Below the pieces are notes generated by a model. It made no database searches, was not told the origin of the DNA, and saw nothing but the letters and a program-made list of their open reading frames with translations. Shown here in pieces: positions 57,537-64,000 of a stretch of 64,000 bases of DNA. The translations under genes were made by a program, and so were the position numbers. Position 1 is the first letter of the stretch. Each line of letters starts with the position of its first letter. Source of the stretch: Candidatus Aenigmatarchaeota archaeon (GTDB lineage: Archaea > Aenigmatarchaeota > Aenigmatarchaeia > QMZP01); NCBI GenBank assembly GCA_043824495.1, contig JBDRSV010000024.1:91056-155055 (forward strand), given 5' to 3'.

Positions 57537-58082
57537 TTAGTCCTTCTCAGCCTTCTGAAGTTTCAGACAAATGGTCTCACCGTCAGTTGCGTGGTCGTAG
57601 TCAAATGTAGTCGCAAATTTGGCGCTCCCGATCTTGATTCGAGCGTGAATCTGACACTTCTTGGGAATACTCGGGAGAGTTATCTCCCCACGAATGATCG
57701 TAGAGCCGCCTTCAGTGTCCTCATCATCTATCTTGAAGTAGACGATGGTCCCATTCGGAGTTGCGATACAGTCATCGCCGTGGCATACTTCGGCTTTGAC
57801 GGTGACTGAAGCACGAACAAAGTCGAGATCGAAATCGGTGTTCCCATCAGCCGTGTCATAATCCAGACGTGCTTCGTACAACTCGCCGTCGATTGTTACG
57901 AATGCTTCAAGCGATCCAGCCGCGAGGACGCCCATTAAGACGATGATACCGTTTTCTTTCACGGTGGCACGATTTTCTTCGCTTGCGTCGCCTGCGTCAT
58001 TACCAAATAATACTGAGATGCCTTTTGGTATTAGCTCAGTATCTTCGTAATAGGCGGTCAGTTGAAGTGTCGTTTTATCCAT
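57537..58082 (-). CDS. hypothetical protein (island E)
   Basis: 181 aa, Asp/Gly-rich. Confidence 0.45.
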   Translation of the reverse strand: MDKTTLQLTAYYEDTELIPKGISVLFGNDAGDASEENRATVKENGIIVLMGVLAAGSLEAFVTIDGELYEARLDYDTADGNTDFDLDFVRASVTVKAEVCHGDDCIATPNGTIVYFKIDDEDTEGGSTIIRGEITLPSIPKKCQIHARIKIGSAKFATTFDYDHATDGETICLKLQKAEKD

Positions 58083-58127
58083 TTATCCTTTGCCCTCCTT
58101 GTATGGTTTGCCTGTTCCATATAGGCG

Positions 58128-59030
58128 TTATAAACTGACTGTCACAAGAATGTGGTGTGACTTGTCCCCATATTCACTTTGGCGCATTGGCAAGAGCATT
58201 ACTCTACCAATCTTGCCTCCTATATAGTACCAGGAGGATTTAACACCGAACTCGTATCCGCCTCCGAGAAGAAGGAGGTATTTCCCATGCTGCCAGGCAA
58301 ACGCCTTGTCAGCACCGATTCCAACATTTCCGGATTTCGTATCACCGAAGGTCTCAAAGCCCAGGCCGTGGAAGAGGCCAACAGAACTAGAGAAGACCCA
58401 TTTACCCTTTCTGAAGTTCTGGTAGGCATCGAATCGTGTAGCTTGAATTCTTGCAGATCTCAGAAAACCGAGAACTGATGATTCTTTGTGATTAAGTTTC
58501 CATTCAAACCTGGTTCCAAAGTCCAAGTCCCACATGTTCTGGGATGGTTCGGTGATCCATATGGGACCGCCAGGAATGTACTCGGTTCCGGGAGCAATGA
58601 AATTGACAGTTCTCGTTCTCACCCAGATTCTTCGAGCCCCGATAGCAAGTCGAAATTTTCCAGGAAGAACTCCGAGAGCAAACCGAATATTCGTCGTTGT
58701 GGCGATTTTTTGGAAGTCGGTCTGTGCAGGTGGTACGCCTTCTGATTGAGTGTAACCACCGAGACCCATTAGAGTAAAGCTAGTCTCGGTACCCAGTGGG
58801 CGGAGAAGGAACGGGAGCTTGTACGAGGCTCCAGATTCTATTACCCAGAAATCTGTCCGCGAACCATACATCCCGTCTGTTGGGGTCTTGAGAATGTAGG
58901 TGAAGACTGACGAGTTGTCGTAAATTGGTGGTGGTTTGGCATCCACTTTCACCGGAGACACTACCACCACAAACAGTGTCACTGCTGCGATGATGTTACG
59001 CATCGAGACCCTCGCGATAACTTTATGCAT
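58128..59030 (-). CDS. secreted beta-rich protein (outer-membrane beta-barrel-like, hypothetical)
   Basis: Signal peptide MRNIIAAVTLFVVVVSPVKVDA. Alternating hydrophobic pattern and aromatic-rich C-terminus. Confidence 0.45.
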   Translation of the reverse strand: MHKVIARVSMRNIIAAVTLFVVVVSPVKVDAKPPPIYDNSSVFTYILKTPTDGMYGSRTDFWVIESGASYKLPFLLRPLGTETSFTLMGLGGYTQSEGVPPAQTDFQKIATTTNIRFALGVLPGKFRLAIGARRIWVRTRTVNFIAPGTEYIPGGPIWITEPSQNMWDLDFGTRFEWKLNHKESSVLGFLRSARIQATRFDAYQNFRKGKWVFSSSVGLFHGLGFETFGDTKSGNVGIGADKAFAWQHGKYLLLLGGGYEFGVKSSWYYIGGKIGRVMLLPMRQSEYGDKSHHILVTVSL

Positions 59031-59263
59031 CGAAACCCCCTTGGCTGAACGCCGTGACCGAGTCTATAGAAATCTCTCTACTTCTATCTCAACACGAAAG
59101 ACGATTTACTTGACTTTCGTGATTAAGTGGTTACCTAAATACAAATACCAGCACTGAGATGAGATTAATCTTCTCAGATAAATGCTGGGTTAAAGGTGTG
59201 TTTAGTTGAAAAACATGAATATAGAGGATTCTTGATAATAAACTTTTAAAAAGTAGGTGAACC

Positions 59264-60091
59264 TTAAAATAGGCCGAATTTCTTCTTTTTGAACTGTTTA
59301 TAGAATTCTGTCTGAGTTTTGATGGTAAATGTTTGTGTTATTGAGATTCCCAATAACATTATTATTGCTCCTATTATTATGCTAACAGATCCTGATTGTA
59401 ATGCTTTGAATAGTTCTGCTTCACTTCCGCCCATCATTGCGGCTGGTCCCAATGCTAGTGCAATTGCTCCTAATAATGGTAATGAGAATATGAATAATAT
59501 TACCAACACAAGAAGTGTGATTATTATCCAAATTAAAATTACACGAAGAGGACTCTTTGTGACTATGTGGTAAGAGTCTTTTAGGGAATTGAGTATTCCA
59601 TTCTTCTTAATGACTAATGACTGTAAGCTGAAGAAGAACAGTATTGAGATTATTACAGATACTATGGTTGATAGAACAGGACCAGCAAATGGTATTGCTC
59701 CGGCTATGGTACTGAAAATCATTGATATTATTGATATTAGTATAACCAAACCTAAACCTGGTAAGAATTTAGAGTAACCAACACTCCAGCTCTTACTCAC
59801 TTCCTTTTCTTTATCGCTCTGATGTATAAGAGCTATTGTTAAGTATAGATTTAGTAATGTCCATACAGCAAACAAGAACACAAGTGAGACGATGAATCCA
59901 CCTAAACTAAACAGAGCAAGTGGGTTTATAGCAGCTTCAGTTATCACAGATAATATTGATTCTAAATTAGTTGCTGCGAGACCAAATGCTACTAAGAAGA
60001 ATACTAAATGGAGTATGAAAAATGGTAACCATCTTCGAGGTGAAAACCCGAATTTGAATCCCTTCTCCAATGCATCTCCATAATTGAGCAT
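59264..60091 (-). CDS. polytopic membrane protein (hypothetical)
   Basis: About 8 TM helices. Confidence 0.5.
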   Translation of the reverse strand: MLNYGDALEKGFKFGFSPRRWLPFFILHLVFFLVAFGLAATNLESILSVITEAAINPLALFSLGGFIVSLVFLFAVWTLLNLYLTIALIHQSDKEKEVSKSWSVGYSKFLPGLGLVILISIISMIFSTIAGAIPFAGPVLSTIVSVIISILFFFSLQSLVIKKNGILNSLKDSYHIVTKSPLRVILIWIIITLLVLVILFIFSLPLLGAIALALGPAAMMGGSEAELFKALQSGSVSIIIGAIIMLLGISITQTFTIKTQTEFYKQFKKKKFGLF

Positions 60092-60105
60092 AATTATACT
60101 TTACC

Positions 60106-60513
60106 TTACTTTCTTATAAACATTGATTTTCGCTTATCTATTATTATAATGTAACCTATTATTGCAAAGAATAGCATAACCAATGTATATGGGAATAGTA
60201 TTCCGGTTATGAAAAACAGATAACCTATAAATCCCCCAACAATAGCGAATATGACAACTGTCCACCCATAAAAATTCCCATCAGATGGCATTACAGCTTC
60301 AATTAAAACTAATAGACCGACAACGAAAACTATAGAACTTATGAATAAATCGAGAGCGCCAAATACACCTGAAAAAAGTAAAGCCCCAGCAACAAATCCC
60401 TTTGCTGCACTCTTGGGATGAAAAAATGGTTGTTCAATCATATACCTATCCATAAACCCCATGTGAAGTTGGTGTGTCTGTCTTTTCAATAGCAAAATAA
60501 TCTTTGATTCCAT
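60106..60513 (-). CDS. small membrane protein; true start probably an internal Met around 60441-60462
   Basis: Three TM helices. The track ORF overlaps the upstream gene by 68 nt. Confidence 0.4.
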   Translation of the reverse strand: MESKIILLLKRQTHQLHMGFMDRYMIEQPFFHPKSAAKGFVAGALLFSGVFGALDLFISSIVFVVGLLVLIEAVMPSDGNFYGWTVVIFAIVGGFIGYLFFITGILFPYTLVMLFFAIIGYIIIIDKRKSMFIRK

Positions 60514-60961
60514 TTCTGTAATTGAGTATTAAATTTCTACACTTTGCTATGTAACCTTGTCTAACTCTATCGTAAAACAAATAGGAATACATGTACCATA
60601 TAGGTTTTAAGATAATACTTTTGCCACCAAAACTTGTTCTAATAGCGCCTTGTAGTTGTAAACTAAAATCTCCAGATTTGTCTTTTTTTGATGTGTGCCC
60701 TTGAACTTTTATTTTTATGTAAGCATCAGAATGTCTACTGAGTTTTACTCTCACCCACCATTTAGAGAAAAAAGAAGTTGGATCACTTGAAACGTCCCAA
60801 TTAAGTTGTGTTTGAGCAGTACCTGAGGAACTCACGTGGAAAAATGGCTTTAGACTTCCCGATATTCTTTTAACAACATCAAATGAATTTGGACCTTGGT
60901 ATTTAACATAGCTAAATCTGTCTGGTGCAAGACAGTCATCTTGAATTTGCAACTTTCCCAT
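60446..60961 (-). CDS. hypothetical protein, tandem paralog B
   Basis: Aligns with 60969..61508: SKWWVRV vs KVRWW; KPIWYMYSYLFYDRVRQGY vs WQRTLFYEMMRTLWHRLFYH. Confidence 0.5.
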   Translation of the reverse strand: MGKLQIQDDCLAPDRFSYVKYQGPNSFDVVKRISGSLKPFFHVSSSGTAQTQLNWDVSSDPTSFFSKWWVRVKLSRHSDAYIKIKVQGHTSKKDKSGDFSLQLQGAIRTSFGGKSIILKPIWYMYSYLFYDRVRQGYIAKCRNLILNYRNGIKDYFAIEKTDTPTSHGVYG

Positions 60962-60968
60962 AATTACC

Positions 60969-61508
60969 TCAGCTCGTTTCTACTTTAACATCTTCTGAGT
61001 TCTTGTTTAATTCCTCGAAGAATTCTCTCATTTTTCTTTGTAAATAAACAGTCATGTGTCTACAGTCTTCTGCATACTCTTCTCTTTTTCCGTGATAGAA
61101 TAATCTATGCCAAAGAGTTCTCATCATTTCGTAAAATAATGTTCTTTGCCATATTGTATCTTGTGGATATTCTGTTCTTAATAGGCCCCTGATATCTATT
61201 TTTGCATTCCCCGTCTTCTCATTTCCTTGTGCAGATAGGTCTATTCTAACAAAAAGATATGTGTTCAAATCCATATCTTTGTGTATCCACCATCGTACCT
61301 TTATCTTATCTCCCTCTTTACCTTTTCCGTAAGAATAATCAGTTTCTTGTATATCGCTATCAGCGACTTTGAATATATTTTTCATGCCTTCGTATAGGCC
61401 GTTATAGAGCTTGATTACGTTCGGACCAACAAACTTCATTGTTATTCCACCTGGCTCTTCCTCAAAGCAATTGTCCTCCATAACTAACTTTGTTCTTGCA
61501 AAAACCAT
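60969..61508 (-). CDS. hypothetical protein, tandem paralog A (possible Bet v1/SRPBCC-like fold; low confidence)
   Basis: Shares a long C-terminal aromatic helix and a GPN N-terminal motif with paralog B. Confidence 0.5.
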   Translation of the reverse strand: MVFARTKLVMEDNCFEEEPGGITMKFVGPNVIKLYNGLYEGMKNIFKVADSDIQETDYSYGKGKEGDKIKVRWWIHKDMDLNTYLFVRIDLSAQGNEKTGNAKIDIRGLLRTEYPQDTIWQRTLFYEMMRTLWHRLFYHGKREEYAEDCRHMTVYLQRKMREFFEELNKNSEDVKVETS

Positions 61509-61532
61509 TAAATCACCAACTTATGTATTTAT

Positions 61533-61742
61533 TTGTCTCTAGGAAATAAATATAAGTATAGGTGTTCTATGTTTGGATTGATAGGTATCATTGTAGGAAT
61601 TCTAATGTTCCTTATTGGAGTATTTTTATTTTTCTTTTTTCCGTCGAATGCGTCTCATCAGTCAAGTAGTTTCGCTCTAACGGGTATTTTAATAGGACTC
61701 TTGTTAATGATTATAGGTGCAGTTTTAATATTTTTACCGTAG
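61533..61742 (+). CDS. small membrane protein
   Basis: Two TM helices. Confidence 0.4.
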   Translation: MSLGNKYKYRCSMFGLIGIIVGILMFLIGVFLFFFFPSNASHQSSSFALTGILIGLLLMIIGAVLIFLP

Positions 61743-61749
61743 GTGAATT

Positions 61750-63300
61750 ATGGGATTAATAATAGATGACTTTAGGGATTGGGCAATGGAGTCAGGACCT
61801 TTGACAGGCACAGCTGTATGTGGATCTCCTTTCGAAATGCAGATAATTTTAGATTATACAGGACTTAGGGGAAGCGGTTCTAACATATATTATTCTCTAA
61901 TATACCAAGCACCTAAATGGAACTTCAAGGTCAAAAAAGTAGACGAATGGATAGAAGTTACACCAGCTTTTGCTGATTATTATAATATAACTATTGCACA
62001 AAAGCAAAAGATAGAGGGTGCAATTAAATCTGGGTTAGCTTCTGCTTCCCAATCTGTTGCTGATTATGAACTACTTGCTCACGATGCAAGAAGATATAGA
62101 GAAATAATAGATTATTTCAAGGAGGGTCAAAAAGACGATCATGTTCTACGTTCTCTGTTCCTTGACAGAGTGGATGTGTATACAGGAGATAATTACTCTC
62201 TTGTTACAATGGCTAAGAGGTGGCCAACAATAATAACTGATTTCATAAGAATGGAGAGTGCTTGGACGAATCCAGACATAATTCCGGAGGATAAGCAAGT
62301 TAAGCTCATAATGAATAATCTTGATGTTTCTCAAGCTGAAGCTACTATTCTGAAAACAAAGAATCAGCTGTTCAGAAAGTGGAAAGTAATGTTTTTCCCT
62401 GTTGTTAAGGATAGATATGCAAGAATACAGGCCATGGTTGAAGCAAGAAGAAAATCAATTGACGAATACAAGAACTGGCTTAAACCGTATGTGGCTAAAT
62501 ACAGAATGATAAGAGAGAAAACCGAATTAAATCCAAAAGAATATGTTTCAAATGCTTATATGACTCCTGGTTTTGGTCAATCCCAAGCATCTACAGGAGT
62601 AAGATTATGGTTCTTTAAAGTGTTCCCTCCAGAACAAATGGGTAAATCAGAATCAGTTAGAAGTGACGGAAAATTCATGATAAATCCTTATGATGACTTA
62701 GTCAAAGAGTGGAAAAAGAAAATAGAAGAAAAGTATGGCGTTGAAATAACAGATGACGAAGTAAAAAAACTCCTCAAAGAAAAATCATCAGGAGACAATC
62801 CTGAAATGGATCCTGGTGAGATATATTATATTCTAATAGACCTGAATATAGAACTTGCTCTAACCAAAACACCTCCTCCACAAGGGTCAGAACAAGACAA
62901 TTTGATGTTTAAACCTGTGAGAGCATGGGTAATGTCTCAGAATGTTTTGTTAATTCATTTACTTGAAATATATGCAATAGAGAAAAGTTTTGATAAATAT
63001 GTAAATGAGATGGTTGGAGCTCCTAGTATAGAAAAAAATATTCTAGAAAATATAGAAAAGGAGTTTGAGGAGCCTAAAACAGAGAAAATGACAGGATTGA
63101 AAAACGCTGGAAGAAAGATCAATAGAGCTGGAAGAATATTTAGGAAGGGTGGAGAAAAGATATTTTACGTGTTTGTAAAGAAAGGTCCATATGAAACCGT
63201 TTTCGAGGAAAGAGTATCAAAGATGTATATGCGTGGTGCTGGTGGACAGTATGGTAGGGTAATAGGCTTCATACAACAAAAAATGGGCGTTGGTAATTAG
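61750..63300 (+). CDS. large hypothetical protein (516 aa)
   Basis: No recognisable motif. Lys/Glu-rich. Confidence 0.5.
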   Translation: MGLIIDDFRDWAMESGPLTGTAVCGSPFEMQIILDYTGLRGSGSNIYYSLIYQAPKWNFKVKKVDEWIEVTPAFADYYNITIAQKQKIEGAIKSGLASASQSVADYELLAHDARRYREIIDYFKEGQKDDHVLRSLFLDRVDVYTGDNYSLVTMAKRWPTIITDFIRMESAWTNPDIIPEDKQVKLIMNNLDVSQAEATILKTKNQLFRKWKVMFFPVVKDRYARIQAMVEARRKSIDEYKNWLKPYVAKYRMIREKTELNPKEYVSNAYMTPGFGQSQASTGVRLWFFKVFPPEQMGKSESVRSDGKFMINPYDDLVKEWKKKIEEKYGVEITDDEVKKLLKEKSSGDNPEMDPGEIYYILIDLNIELALTKTPPPQGSEQDNLMFKPVRAWVMSQNVLLIHLLEIYAIEKSFDKYVNEMVGAPSIEKNILENIEKEFEEPKTEKMTGLKNAGRKINRAGRIFRKGGEKIFYVFVKKGPYETVFEERVSKMYMRGAGGQYGRVIGFIQQKMGVGN

Positions 63301-63402
63301 TTTAGAATTTTCTTTTCGTAGTGGTTTATATAAACTGAAATCAATATACATTCAGCTATTGGTATAAACTTTATAAACTAATAATTTGTTTATCAAACAG
63401 TG

Positions 63403-64000
63403 ATTTGGATGGCTAAAAATAAAAAAATAACTAAGAGAGCAGTTAAGAAATCGGTTAAGAAAACAGCTGAAAAGCCAGCTAAGACTGCCAAATCAAAATC
63501 TAAACCTACTCCTAAGACCAAGAAACTAACACCAGAACAAGAAGCAAAAGAGCTTGATGATGAAAAGCTAGAAAGAATAGATCTTCTAAAGAAATTCACA
63601 AAGGATGTTTTGAAAGAGTATGGTCAGCTAATTAGAGCTATAGTATTATTTGGTTCTACTGCTAGAGGCGGGTTCAAGAAGCACTCTGATATTGATATTT
63701 TTGTTATAGTTGATGATACAAGAGAGAAAATCACTCCTATGCTTAGAGATAAACTAGAAGACGATTTAGACAAAATAGCTAAGAGCTGCTCAAAGAAAAT
63801 GTCTGTGCAGCAACCTTACATGCTCACTGAATTCTGGAGACTTGTGAGAGAAGGTCATCCAATTGTTTTCAATTTCATAAGAGAAGGAGTTCCCGTATTT
63901 GACAGAGACATGTTTTTACCTATCAAGAGATTACTTCAAATAGGAGAGATAAAGCCGTCTCAAGAAGCTGTTGAGAAATTTATTGAGAGAGGACCTAAGA
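63403..64000 (+). CDS. nucleotidyltransferase-domain protein with Lys-rich N-terminal tail; 3' end outside the window
   Basis: Minimal NTase motif LFGSTARGGFKKHSDIDIFVIVDD. The supplied minus-strand ORF 63393..63599 is its antisense shadow. Confidence 0.55.
   Translation, partial: MWMAKNKKITKRAVKKSVKKTAEKPAKTAKSKSKPTPKTKKLTPEQEAKELDDEKLERIDLLKKFTKDVLKEYGQLIRAIVLFGSTARGGFKKHSDIDIFVIVDDTREKITPMLRDKLEDDLDKIAKSCSKKMSVQQPYMLTEFWRLVREGHPIVFNFIREGVPVFDRDMFLPIKRLLQIGEIKPSQEAVEKFIERGPK

Noticed and set aside
63393-63599. Minus-strand 68-aa ORF from the supplied track
   Set aside because: It is antisense to a much better plus-strand gene (63403..>64000) with a clear nucleotidyltransferase motif.
1-64000. 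CRISPR arrays
   Set aside because: No regularly spaced direct repeats of 25-40 bp in any intergenic region. The solo Cas4-like gene has no adjacent array.

Overview
This 64 kb window is a compositional mosaic. The AT-rich backbone (about 30% GC) carries archaeal-type genes: a ribosomal-protein/transcription cluster (uS17, uL14, uL24, eS4, uL5, uS14 type Z, uS8, eL30, KH-type NusA, Rpo3/RpoD, uS12, uS7) and a second cluster (eL7Ae, eS28, eL24, diphthine synthase, Ygr210-like GTPase). It also carries ArgRS, an intron-containing tRNA, an intein-containing myo-inositol-1-phosphate synthase next to a CDP-alcohol phosphatidyltransferase, and RibBA. There is an accessory region at 36.9-46.9 kb with a Cas4-like nuclease, a Panacea-domain/HigB-like pair, an MmeI-like type IIL RM enzyme, a ParB-like protein and an IS5-family transposase. 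Five GC-rich islands (about 55-60% GC) interrupt this backbone: A <1-3000, B 17690-19640, C 20200-23800, D 27300-36250 and E 57000-59050. Their genes look bacterial: Shine-Dalgarno sites, TTGACA -35 boxes, hairpin plus T-run terminators, lipoboxes, a T9SS C-terminal sorting domain, an M32 carboxypeptidase and a beta-barrel-like protein. Island C is ORF-poor and very rich in hairpins. The most striking unexplained structure is a conserved ~22-27 bp motif (TATATCCCTTTAAWTRGACAAT) present exactly once at one boundary of every GC island, always in the same orientation relative to the island and always just downstream of the island's terminal-gene terminator hairpin. Two inverted copies also bracket each of the two large AT-rich blocks like terminal inverted repeats. 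From sequence alone I cannot tell whether this reflects integrated foreign islands with a shared att-like or terminator junction, a host promoter-like element (it contains the archaeal TATA consensus TTTAAATA) reading antisense into the islands, or a chimeric assembly. No CRISPR array or rRNA gene was found.
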